A DNA stretch of 64,000 nucleotides from Podarcis muralis (GCF_964188315.1 NC_135670.1:40238001-40302000), one strand, 5' to 3'. Numbered from the stretch's first letter, positions 27,011-38,671 are shown. Translations and numbers: made by a program. Notes: generated by a model from the letters alone, not told the origin.

Positions 27011-30000
27011 TCAGTCTTCACGCAGGTAGGCTTCTTCATCGGTTTCCTCCACGCTGGCTTGTCGACCGGCTGGCAGCAACGGTGGCTCTTCTGTCAGCTT
27101 CATGAGCTCCTCAGTTTGAACTTCCGCCAGCTTAGTCTCTGCTTTCTGCGACAGCTGCCGCACCTCTTGCACTTGGGTTTTCACCAGCTGAATGTGGTTA
27201 TGTGTTGAAACGGATGCTTGATCAGCTCCTGAAAAAGTAAGGTTAAAATCAGCAGTTTTACACCACAACACTGATTGGACTTGGGTCCAGGCACAGATCC
27301 AAGGGTGTTCATGGATGGGCACATGTCATTCACATTAAGACATGGCTGTCATATGACAGCAACGTGCAGACATACATGGTTGCAGATGCAGACTTCCCTT
27401 GCACCCGTATTGCAGAATTCCTTCCATTATTTTCTTTCACCACATCACAGGACAACAAATCCTGAGGCTGGTTTAAAAAGATCTCTCCAAACATGGTCTG
27501 CATTTGATGAAACACATATATGCATGTTGTGCTATTTTCTTTTAACATCTCCAATATGCTTTTGGAGGGGGGGGGGGGCTTCTATGGTACAACCCAAACT
27601 CCAAAATCAGGTGTGAGAACACCCCTACACGTACACTCTTCTGGACCAAAGTGTTTGAGAGACAATTCAACTGAATACAACTTGTCCTAAGATGCAAATG
27701 CCTTGGAAAGGACAACAGTAGGGAGCTATTCAGTGATGGGGATATGCTTCAGTGAATAATACCAGACTGATACGCTGCTTCTGCTGCCATCTCTGAAAGG
27801 CGCAATGCAGTCATCCACCTGGATTCTAACTTGAGGTACTCCTGTTGCTTCGCAGTCATCTAAAGACAAAAGCTACAATGAGAAACAGCGTCTGAACTTG
27901 CTTATTCCACCAAAAATAAACATTTTATAAGCAGGTTAGGTTAAATAAAAGCAAACTTCTGATTTGGCACAATTCGTTTACAACCACTCTCATTTGAACT
28001 TACAGCTGTATATATTAACGCATATGTTGTTTGAGAGAGAAGGGTACCAGTGCTATCGGTTACTAAAGACACAGCTCTTCGGATTAACGCTTCATTGCTA
28101 AGTGAGCTTGGATCATGTTTCTGAAAGACAAATATTATGCGTGGGATCACTGTTAAGCCTGCTTTTTTTTTTTTTGCTTTTTTTAAATAATAATAAAAAA
28201 AGCTGTGTTTCAAGTGAGAATGGAGTAAGGAATTTGAAATCAGGCCTTTGGGGTCCATATCCAGAATATCAATGCTGGAATACTGGTTCCTGAAAAAGAT
28301 GCATTGAGTCCAGGTTTCTTGCTGGTTCCTTACCTCTACTCGAGCACCAATGATCACCTGCCAAACTGCATCCTCCTCATTGGAATTCATTTTCCCAAGG
28401 AGGTGTGTGTATTTCTGGTACAGTGACACCAAGGTGTAAACTGCCTGCAACAGGAAACAACCCATACTCAGTAGCACCCAGTTAACTAAAAGTTCGTGTT
28501 ATGCTACAGAATTCAGAAGTTCAGAGACAGAGCATCTTACCGTTGTATACTCTGTTAGAGCTTCAATTAACGCATATGTTGTTTGAGAGAGAAGGGTACC
28601 AGTGCTATCGGTTACTAAAGACACAGCTCTTCGGATTAACGCTTCATTGCTAAGTGAGCTTGGATCATGTTTCTGAAAGACAAATATTATGCGTTTGCCA
28701 GCTTGCTTTTCAAAATAATAGCTCTTCAAGATCTGGAAACCTGACATGGCTGCTGGCAAAAAAGAAAAAAGCCAGAAGTCATTAACTTTAAAAAATATTG
28801 TATTAGCGTAACAGTGAGTACACCAATCAAAAGTATAAATATATATACGAATGTGTAAAATATATAAAATGATACCAAAATGATAATACTATCTGTTACT
28901 TATAAGAAAAAAATGACCTAAAACAACTGGAATGGTAAAACCAGTGTTTGCTCAGATAAAACCCATTTAAATTAATGGACCTAAGTTAGACATGTCCATT
29001 AATTTCAGTAGGTCTGCTGTGAGTAAAACCTGTTAACTAATTATTGAAACCTAGTACAATGTTTACTTATCCCCAGGCAATTCCTAATAAAGTATGTGGC
29101 TCGACATTATCCCATATTTACATAATTAAAAAGTCTCTACTTTTCACTGAACAGATTGCCAGGGCTTTTCTTCTTTTGTTCTGAGTTTGTCAGTTTTCTC
29201 ACACCTTAGCTCTCCACTCATCTGAAGTCAGAGCATTGGGTTTCCCCCAGTTATAACTAATGGCGATCTGTGCAGCTGTCAATAGATGAACTGTTAGTTC
29301 TTTACCTTCTGGTAAAACTAAAACCTTTCCATAACCAAATAAAATAACTAGAAAATGCATTGGGGAAAGCCAAATGTTGTGATTTCTCCGTTAATTATAT
29401 GAGAAAAAAATAAAGCAGTAATGATACCTTAGCAGCTAGGTGCTCTATGCTTATAATAAGAACCTAAGAAAAGCCTGCTGGTTCAGGCCAATGGGCCATC
29501 TTGTTCTCACAGTGGCTCACAAGATGCAGGTGGGAAACCAACAAACAGGATTCAAGCACAAGAGCACTCCCCTTTCGTAGTTTCCAGCAACTGGTATTCA
29601 GAAGCATTTATGCCTCCAACTGTGGAGGCAGAGCACAGTGTTGAACCAGACCAACAAGGATGAGCAACTGAATTTTTAGTTCTTTATTAGCAAAGCACTT
29701 GGTTACATCACAAGAATACTCATGCTGACTCATGTCTAGGCACCTACGACTAGCAGACCCGTGCTCTGTCTTGGACAGTTGGAGCTACAGTGTGGCCCCA
29801 TCCCCTCCTGTCTTAAACTTGGAAGTGCATGGATCCTCCTCAACAGCAGCTCTACCTGTTCCAGGCACTACACGCCTCTCCTTGAGCGTGGAGACAACAA
29901 AGTGGGGTTTCCAAAACCATGACTGTCTCTAGAAGCACCCCGGTCTCTCCAATATCCGAGGCCTCCTGCAGCTCTTCTGTCTCTCATTGCCCTGTCTCCT

Positions 30001-31257
30001 CTTCCTGACTTACCTCTTGCACCACCAGTCTCTGCCTCCCTTGGCTCACACAGCACCCACCTCCCATTCCTCTGGCTCCTGCCCATCCCTGACAAATAGC
30101 CACATTTTCACATACTGTTTAAACAGCTGCAAACAAGTAGAGACACAGATGTCAGGAGGCAGCAAGTTCCAAATAAAAGAGTAACAAGGACAGAAAGGCT
30201 GGAGGTGTAAATAGAAGAAAAATTCAACCCCAAATGGAAGGGAAATGATTTGTTTTTAAAAAGAGAGACTACCAAAGAATTTAAAAATTAAGTTGAACCT
30301 TCGGTCCTGCCATTGTAACCGATAAATATTTCCCAGAGGGTTACCTGTGTAATAGGAATTGCAGACAAGGTTACTCCAAACCCCAGTGCTACCACTTTGC
30401 TCCATGGTCCCCTCAATCCTGACATGCAACGAGCTTTACCATTTGCCAAGATGGGAAAACTGTGCCTAGGGGGAAAAACATATCCATCTTAGGTACAAGT
30501 GCTATAAGCAATATGAATTCTGGAGGACAAATGAGCAAAGATCCACCATATTTGGAGTCCACTGCCAGCCAAGTCCTGCTTACAGTCCTCTCATTTCAAG
30601 AGTCAGGCTGTTAGGAAACTGAGCAGAAACTCCTTAACTGTACACATCAATGTATTCCTGTTGTGTTTTATGATTTTCCTGATATTGTAAGTGAGCTGGA
30701 ACTGGTCTGTGACCATAATAATAAAATTCAACTGTACATCTGTCACTGCAAAACAGTCTACCTCCTCCAGGATTTAGACTATAAAACATTTTCAAAGATA
30801 CCTTGTACCTTTGAAGATGCAGATATTGATTTCTTTATTTGCTCACGGTGCAATACAAGCAAAATAATCCAAATAAAACAATACAGGCAAACTACGTCCA
30901 GAACGAGCAGTTAAAAATCACAATAGCAACAGTTAGAAGAGAGATTTGTACAGTGAATACAAACTGGGTTCTGTTGTACTTAGTTGGGTGTCCAGATCAA
31001 ATTTCGCTTCAATTATCTCCCGAGGATTTACTAATTCACTGCAGGGGCCGCTCCTATAGGAGGCGGCAGCACCTCCGGGAGCGAATTCATCCCAGGCGGA
31101 CGTCGCTATGGAAGTGAACTGAAGCCAAAGGCGCGGCTGGGGGGAGACAAAGCTGCGGGGGCAGCAGAGCGAAGTGGAGGGAGCTGGTTCCTATCCACAG
31201 ATACCTGAAGAAAGCGTAGCAGCTCCGCAGCCACCGGCTACTCCAGGCCGTCGCCAT
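27011..31257 (-). CDS. DIABLO: Diablo/Smac IAP-binding mitochondrial protein, 243 aa
   Basis: Exons 31257-31205, 30465-30345, 28672-28541, 28444-28334, 27859-27763, 27228-27011 (732 nt, canonical splice sites). Translation has a mitochondrial presequence, [33 protein letters not shown] and a C-terminal EAYLRED*. Confidence 0.96.
28004..28120 (-). other. Duplicated, in-frame copy of most of DIABLO exon 3 in intron 4 (candidate cassette exon)
   Basis: 28014-28142 is identical over 129 bp to 28566-28694, including the acceptor. A GTAAGT donor follows at 28003-27998, giving 117 nt, phase 0/0, no stop. Confidence 0.6.
29455..29640 (-). mobile_element. Old CR1 3' end fragment
   Basis: Similar to 32545-32700; reverse complement of a squamate CR1 3' UTR (aagaacctaagaaaagcctgctgg...). 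Confidence 0.5.
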
Positions 31258-31950
31258 CTTGGTTCAGTCAAGGCGCAGCGGAAACACGTCATCACCAGCG
31301 CCACGGCTAATGCCATAGAGCTATTTCGTAAGGAGGGACGTAGCCCTCCGCGCCCCTTTTCTTCTGCGAGAGTCGTTTCGCGCCGTTGCCTTCCTCGGAG
31401 GCTGATCCCGGCTGGGTCTACGAGGGATTTATACAGCTAGAAGGACGACAAAAATCCTCATTATTAGGAAGCCGCCGCCTTCTATCGTCACTTCCGCTCT
31501 GGAACGGCTCTGCTTCTGTTTATGTCTTCGCAGAGCAGGAAGGAGAACGTGCGCGCTGCAGAGATGCGAAAGTGTAGAGTGGCGCTCCTCTATGGACACG
31601 GCAAGCCGGGCGGCGACGCGCCTTGCTGGAAATCCTGAGCGAGATGGAATTGGCGTCGACGGCTATGGGGACGGAGCGTCCTTTCGTCTGGTCCTGCAGA
31701 GTCCATCTGTTTAAATGACCCAGCGGCTGTTTCTTTACCGGAAGTTGAGCCCTTGTGGCTCTGCTATTTTTCTGGCTCTAGGAGGTTTCAAGCTTTTGCG
31801 CATGCGTCGGGGTCAGAGCGGGGGGGGGGCGAGAGGGCCTCTTGCGTGTTAGCACGTGATCCTTTGGCGGGAGAGACCCCCTGGCGCGTGCGCGTGGCGA
31901 GCCGCCCCCCCCGCCCCGCCCTCGCTGCGCCCTGAGGGGAAAAGCGCGCC
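31050..31950 (-). promoter_or_regulatory. DIABLO CpG island and promoter
   Basis: CpG-rich. Contains an ETS-type CCGGAAGT near 31738-31745, an NRF1-type TGCGCATGCG at 31797-31806 and the E-box CACGTG at 31853-31858. Confidence 0.7.
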
Positions 31951-32974
31951 TTTCCTCCTCCTTTCGCGCTGTTCTCGTGTGTGTGTCTTTTATGTTGAAT
32001 AGAGTTTGCCTCAAGTTTATTCTGTATATTTAGGCCTCAGACTTCCAGAGTAGCTGACATATTAAAACAGAAAAAGCACGCAAATGAAATCAAAATAATA
32101 TGAAAAATCGCAAGAAGCAGAAGAGCAGCATGACAAATCAGCCCAAAATAAAAGCAACAAGCAAAAACCCTCACAGGAGTAAACACATCTACAGATAAAA
32201 CAGATGAAAACATAGGGAGGAATCAATAATGAAAAACAATTAAACATTATCGTTGCACCAAAAGCATCACAGCACCCGCCCTTTCCTTAAAACCCGTGGG
32301 TTACCCAAAGCCTCTTGAAACAATCAAACTCTCCCAAGTCAACAAGGAGGAAGCCAGTTTAGCTTGTCTAGGGAGGGAGCTCCCCATTCTGGCTGAGAAG
32401 GCCCTCGCCTGTGTGCCTGGGAGGCTGGCAGCGCCCAGAGAAGATCTCCACCCAGGCAGGACTGTATGGGGGAATAGAGTCCTAAGTCACGGAGCTACAG
32501 TCCCATAAAGGTCCCATCTGCATATGCCTGTGTGATGCTTGAAGGAGATCAGAAGAGCCTGCTGGATCCGGCCAAGGGGACCCATCTAGTCCAGCATCCT
32601 GTTCTCACAGTGACCAACCAGATCCTGCCTGTGGGAAGCCTGCAAGCAGGACATGAATATAACAGCACACGGCCCAGCTGCAGTTTCCAGCATTGCTTGC
32701 AGGTACAGTATTACTCTTTAATAAACATAACATTTCATAAAATGGCATCTAGACCAGATCTCAGCCCTTCTGAACATCAGAAACATTAACTTGTAAATAC
32801 ATATACATTATACACCATTACAATGGTAATGAACATTTCCCTAAATATAAACTGAAAGATTTGATGAACATTAAGCAAATTAAAACCTATAGTAGAATAG
32901 CTAACTTTAAGTGTTAGTTTCATGGTGCTCAGATTTATACAATATTTAATTAGATGTTTAAAATACCACTTCTT

Positions 32975-33600
32975 TTTTTAATTTAATTTTTTATTGAATT
33001 ATTATGCAGATACAAACGAAACAAAGTATGCAAACATTTCAATTGAATAAAAAAACAAAAGAAAACAGAGCAAACACATAAAGTAAGAACATAAGCATAA
33101 TACAACGTAACTATAATAGGCGTCCCAGAATTTCATTTCTCTACCGAGATGCTGACCCTTCTGGGGTGGATCTCTTTTTATTATACTTTTGGGTTTTTGA
33201 CTTCCATCGACCTCACAGTGGTTCATTTCCTATAACTAAAACAATATCTCTATATTTCAATAAATTCCTCATCTTGGTATAAGGAGACATTTTCCCACTT
33301 ACGGGTTTATTCAAAACACAACCAATCTTGGTTGTTGAACCTTAACTTGATAGGTGGGTATTTAGGCATTCCCAATCTTTCTGGACTATTTTATTTGACT
33401 TGTTCCTTAAGGCTTCAGTCTACTTAGCGAGTTCCAAGTACAGATGCTCAGCTTTTGTAGCCATTCTTCTCTAGTTGGTATATGGTTACCCTTCCAGTAC
33501 TTGGCTATTAATACCCTAGCCGCCGTCACTGCATAGAAAAATAATTTTAATCTTTCTTTTGGAATATTGTCAGTTAGAATCCCAAGAAGGAATGATTCCG
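32975..33600 (-). mobile_element. L1 3' end (ORF2 C-terminus and 3' UTR)
   Basis: Minus translation FFYAVTAARVLIAKYWK, typical of squamate L1 ORF2 C-termini; T-rich tail on +. Confidence 0.7.
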
Positions 33601-34575
33601 TTTGTTTTTGTTTTGTTGTTGTTTTTTTTGGTGAAATGTAATTTTTAGTAATTTTTTCATTTCCTCATAGATTGTGTCCCAAAATATAATTTCTTTCAGG
33701 GTTTAAGGTAACTATCTTAGCAGACCTGGTACCACGATAAACAATGTAGCAGTTGAGAAACTATTATATAGGTAACAGAAAGGTTAAGTGTTGTCACGTT
33801 TTCCTAAAAAAAAATTTAATATCAATTTGCATTGATTACTTCAGGTATCCCATGTAAATACCTTCAGAACATTCTGTTTTTTAAGTCCTCCTATTATTTG
33901 TGTTTGTTTTTGTTTTGCTGTTACAAGGTGTAGTGATACGTTTTTATCTTATGTTCTGCTCTGCAGTTATTGAGGATTTAATGCAAACAATCCCAATCTG
34001 AAGAACATAAATTATACAAGACCCACAGGTAACTCGGTTGCTTTTATTTTTAGAGAGAACAATTGCACTGGGGTTGAATCCTTCTCCAGACAGCATTGTG
34101 CCAGAGATTTTGTAACAGAGAGAGAAACTAAAAGCAGAAAACCAGGCGAGGGAACAAATCATAATTTAAAAAGTCAGCATCTGAACCTAGTTACAGCTTG
34201 ATCAACTAGATTCTGTTTTTATAGCAGTACTCCCATGGAGACAAGAGAAAGAAGACGAATTTCAGAGGATAAATTTGTAATTGATCTTCTAACTGAAATA
34301 CCAACTCCTGAAACAATATGCAAAAAGCACAATAAGATCTGCACCAGCAGTCTGTACTTCCAGAAGGCTGGAGAAGAGACTTACCATCATTGCCCTCCCT
34401 GATATTTGCCTTTTGCTGCAGTCAGCCTCCTCTGGAGTAAGGAAATGGGAGGCAGCTGCAGCCTGAAAGCCAGCAGTATGTCATTCTGAATTGTATTTAA
34501 TTAAGCCAGGCTCCTTCGGGTGCAGCAAGACTAGAACCTTTACTGTTGGTTAACTTGTTTTACTATGTATTTATG

Positions 34576-34936
34576 ATGTGGTGTTGCTGTTTAGTCGTTT
34601 AGTCGTGTCCGACTCTTCGTGACCCCATGGACCAGAGCATGTCTTCCACTGCCTCCCACAGTTTGGTCAAACTCATGTTGGTAGCTTCGAGAACACTGTC
34701 CAACCATCTCGTCCTCTGTCGTCCCCTTCTCCTCCTCCTCCATGGATCACTGCCTTGCCATGGCGAAGGGGCTTGAATAACTCAGAGAGGCTATGAGCTA
34801 TGCCATGCAGGGCCACCCAAGATGAACAGGTCATAGTGGAGAGTTTTGACCAAACGTGATCCACCTGGAGCAGGAACCAGCAAGCCACTCCAGTATCCCT
34901 GCCAAGAAAACTCCATGGACAAAGGCAACAGGCATA
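34576..34936 (-). mobile_element. BovB (RTE) derivative: 3' end fused to an inverted piece of the 5' UTR
   Basis: 34585-34740 is the BovB 3' end on -; 34740-34932 resembles the BovB 5' UTR on +. Candidate 8-bp target duplication tatttatg. Confidence 0.65.
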
Positions 34937-35369
34937 TATTTATGTACTTTAGCCTATATTGTTTGGAGATGGTTTGGGTTTTTTTGTTTTTTTTTGTAAT
35001 GTTTGCCAAATTGTTTTTTTGTTTTTGTTATTTTGACAGAATTTACTCACGTGTTCTGTATTTTATATATTTGTATATTTCCAATGCTCTTCATTTCAGT
35101 GTTTTTTAATGTTTGCTGTGAAACTGCTTTGGGTACAATTCATTGTGGAAAAGCAGCATATAAGTAACCTCAATCAATCAACCAACCAAAAAATAATTAA
35201 AATAATTTGCCTTGCATTTTATATATCTAAAAGGTACATAATTAAGCAGGTAACAAAATAAACTTGTCGAGTCTCTAGAATAGAAATGGAATTGTGTTTA
35301 TTGATTGGGTGTTGGATAGACAGTGCATCTGGGCTCCATCTGTAAGCTGCTGGTGGAAAACATGAGCTG

Positions 35370-36758
35370 TCACTTAAGCACCAGGAAATAAGTGGTCCAG
35401 CCAGCCAAGAGCAGCGCCCCTAACAGCACTGTGTAACTGAACAGCACAAAAGCTAGGAGTTCCTTCAGCACCTTCAGGAAATGGACAGCAAACGATTCCT
35501 GCATGATTCTGGCTTTGCAATGTGGTGGAAATAAATGCATGGGAATAGTCTGATCTGCAAGGGAGACAGAGACAAAACAAAAGTAGGATTAAAGATGTAT
35601 TGTAAAGCAGAAACTGATCTTGTGATATACAACAGTGACCTAAGCCGATATATATAATAGAGCAATCACATACACGTTAACTCATAAGTAAGTTCTGCTG
35701 AATTCAACAGGGCTTGACCACAGTTTAAGTTGGTTAATGGCTAGAAATCTGTGCTCAGGCCGCTGATGGTTGTAGTACTCTGGGCAGATTTGAAAGTGGT
35801 TCTGCAAAATCTAAATTTGGAGTTTGAGACCAAGTAATATGTCATCTACACAAATGATTACTACACAAAGGGGTCAGCCAAACATGAGGAAATTAGACCC
35901 CGCAAATGGATTGTGTGCAGTTGGAGAACAAAACCTCTCAATATATAGCGGATAATGCATTAATACCACCTAAATGCACCAATAAAAAGCAGTCTGTTCC
36001 TCCAAAGGGAGGGAGCCTCCTTTAATATTTAATGTTATAATTGCATCTAATGGACAGACTGGCAGAAAACTTTTGCTTTGATTTAGGGTTGAGTACATAT
36101 TGTTTAGCTTGCATCTTTTTATCTGCCCCAAATAACCAGCATTAAAGTGGGAAATCCATTGTGGTAAAATTGATATACAGCACTACTGCAACATAGCCAT
36201 CTGCAGTGGCCCTTAAACTTTGGGGAAGTAAGGGCGCTGCACCCTTTCAGTTCCCAGGGCTTTGGAGCTTATATGCTTGGCTGCCCTATTCCATACTGCA
36301 CATTTTTGCCATTATTAAGTATAAAGATAAAAAAATCCTATTCTATCTCATGGTGTTTGTATATGAAAGGGTTTTTTTTTTAAGAGGCACACACACATTG
36401 AGAGGGTCACAGACTAAAGAAACACACTTTTGTCTCAACAACAGAAAAATAAAGCCAGGAAGTTAATCCAGGAAGATTATTTTTCTCACACAATATGAAA
36501 GCTGTTGGAAGTGAACTGAGTTTCCATAATGCAAAGCACCTGCAATAATTATTAAAAGCAATGATCGGATAAATTTGTAAAACTGTGTTTAATAATCTGT
36601 TAATTATTCTTAATATCAATATATGTCTGCTGATCTCATGCAAGGTTTTATTATATATATGAAGAAAACAATATAGTTATCAGACCACAAGTTTAAAATA
36701 TTTTACATGATATAAACTAAATTAGAAGAAGTTTCTTACCCTGGGCAAATGACGGCAT
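35370..36758 (-). CDS. Unrecognised small membrane protein (67 aa) split over two exons
   Basis: ATG at 36758, coding 36758-36740, donor GG|GTAAG; strong acceptor ttttgtctctgtctcccttgcag| at 35555/35554, coding 35554-35370 ending in TGA. Protein MPSFAQDQTIPMHLFPPHCKARIMQESFAVHFLKVLKELLAFVLFSYTVLLGALLLAGWTTYFLVLK. AATAAA at 35302-35297. Confidence 0.6.
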
Positions 36759-37142
36759 TTACTTAAAGTTGCTCTGCACCTTTGTTTCTGGTCTCTCCCT
36801 TTAGCGTCTGGCTCGTGGGAGGCTTGTGATGTAGCTGGATCTTCTTCGAGTCTGTTAATCTGGAGAGGCAGGCATAATGACGCTGTATTTACAAGGCAGC
36901 TTAAGTAGGAATGGACTAGGTGTGGTCAGGGACAGGACCGCAGGATATACAGAACTCCTTTGTTCATCTTCATTGTCACACAAAAATATCCCTACTGGGT
37001 TTTTTAAGTGAAAGTTAAATGCACGCAGCCTGGGTGTCTTAAAAATTGCATTGTACTGAATTTCATAAACTCTCATTCCCGCCCCCCACCACTTACAATT
37101 GTGCTTTTGTTTCTGGTTCTCACCGTCCACAATTTTCAGTAA

Positions 37143-37179
37143 CAGTTGTGTGTATGATTTCAGTTATATATAGCAGGTG
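37143..37179 (-). promoter_or_regulatory. Candidate core promoter of the small-protein gene (TATA/MEF2-like box with E-boxes)
   Basis: Minus-strand CTATATATAA at 37173-37164, E-boxes at 37174-37179 and 37143-37148, then donors GTGAGA (37123) and GTAAGT (37096) just downstream. Confidence 0.45.
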
Positions 37180-37543
37180 CTTAAGACAGGCACAGAAACC
37201 AGGGTGGCAAGGGCTGGGAAGTTGTGGCCCTCCACATGTTGTTGGGCTCAGTGCCCCCTAAGTCTTAGGCAGCATGGCCAGAAGTCAAGGATTATGGGAG
37301 TCATAGTTCAACAGCAACTGAAGGGTCACAGGTTCACCAACCCTGTAGAAGGGAAACAAGTATGCATAATCCAAACTAAAAAGTCCTCTAATATGTATTG
37401 ACAACTGTTGGCCGTGGGCTCAGGTGTAAGGAGAAGGAAAGATAACTATCAGGGTGACTCATACCTCCACCTCAGCTCCAATGTTTCAGGAAGCTTATGA
37501 TTTCCTGTACATTTCCTGTTACAATATTTTTAATGGTCCTGTG

Positions 37544-37733
37544 CATAGAAGCCAACTCCTAGGGGCCTAGGGGGCCTTGCCCTCCCCAATAAAATATTTG
37601 AGGGTGCCATGCCCCCCCCCAGTTGTTGGGCATTGCCATTCAAATAGTGTGTGTACACCACATTGTGTGATCAATTATGCAGGGTGGGGCTTACCTGGGC
37701 CACCACAATATTTTATTCAAGTTGGCACCCCTG
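37544..37733. mobile_element. MITE; a related copy lies inverted at 44476-44664
   Basis: Termini catagaagccaact / agttggcacccctg; interior is homologous to 44476-44664 in reverse. Confidence 0.6.
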
Positions 37734-38317
37734 GTCCTCTGGTCCTTAACACCAAAGGCAAAAATCCCCTTGTTTAAGAAAAACGAGTGGGTGACCCGTG
37801 ATGGTAAAGTTGCTGTAATTTGGCCCACTCAGCTGCCTGGTTCTTTCCACTTGGGATGATGGTGTGATTGTGACGTTGCTACCATTTTGATTTTCTCAAG
37901 ATGACTGGACCACCCAGCACCCTATTGCATCAGAGCAAAGGCATCTCCATATGTTTTGGATGACAATTCCCATCACAAATATCTCATTTCTTGGTTGAGT
38001 CCAGAGAGACTGGCACAGGGCCCATGGCTGATTCTTTTATTAAGAGTCCTAATATAGCTCAATTTGCATTACTGAATCGGGAATAAAAGGCATCTTATCT
38101 CATGACAGCAGTGAGACAGGGCACACAGACCTCCCATTTCAGAACAGCCATGCCTCCCACCATAAAACTATATTATAAATTATGTGGTTTTAAACCAACA
38201 GCTTTATGTCTCCTGCCATAAACCAATAACACATTAAGTTTTTTTTAAATACACGTGCCTTGGATCGACTACACATAAATTGCAAACAATAAAACCATCA
38301 GTTATAGTAAAGGCATA

Positions 38318-38671
38318 GTAAAGTAAAGGGACCCCTGACCATTAGGTCCAGTCGTGGCCGACTCTGGGGTTGCGGTGCTCATCTCGCTTTATTGGCCGAG
38401 GGAGCCGCCATACAGCTTCCGGGTCATGTGGCCAGCAGGACTAAGCCGCTTCTGGCGAACCAGAGCAGCGCACGGAAACGCCGTTTACCTTCCCGCCAGA
38501 GCGGTACCTATTTATCTACTTGCACTTTGACGTGCTTTCGAACTGCTAGGTTGGCAGGAGCAGGGACCAAGGAATGGGAGCTCACCCCGTTGCAGGGATT
38601 CGAACCGCTGACCTTCTGATCAGCAAGCCCAAGAGGCTCTGTGGTTTAACCCACAGCGCCACCCGCATCCC
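38318..38671 (-). mobile_element. Sauria SINE, second subfamily
   Basis: Same head and body as the other copies but a different tail-proximal part (gggacccctgaccattaggtccag); 14-bp target duplication atagtaaaggcata at 38304-38317 and 38672-38685. Confidence 0.9.

Noticed and set aside
27941-28477. 178-aa ORF as an alternative DIABLO protein
   Set aside because: It is exon 4, an open intron and the duplicated exon 3 copy read unspliced; it starts at a non-ATG codon in the intron.
31560-32000. Divergent gene from the far side of the DIABLO CpG island
   Set aside because: Promoter motifs are present, but I found no plus-strand exon chain or ORF; an alternative DIABLO start site explains them equally well.
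36740-36859. Open frame INRLEEDPATSQ...CRHLPR joined to the 34462 and 34127 segments as a cytokine-like protein
   Set aside because: No in-frame AUG or signal peptide upstream in the predicted first exon; the resemblance to helix D of four-helix cytokines is too weak.
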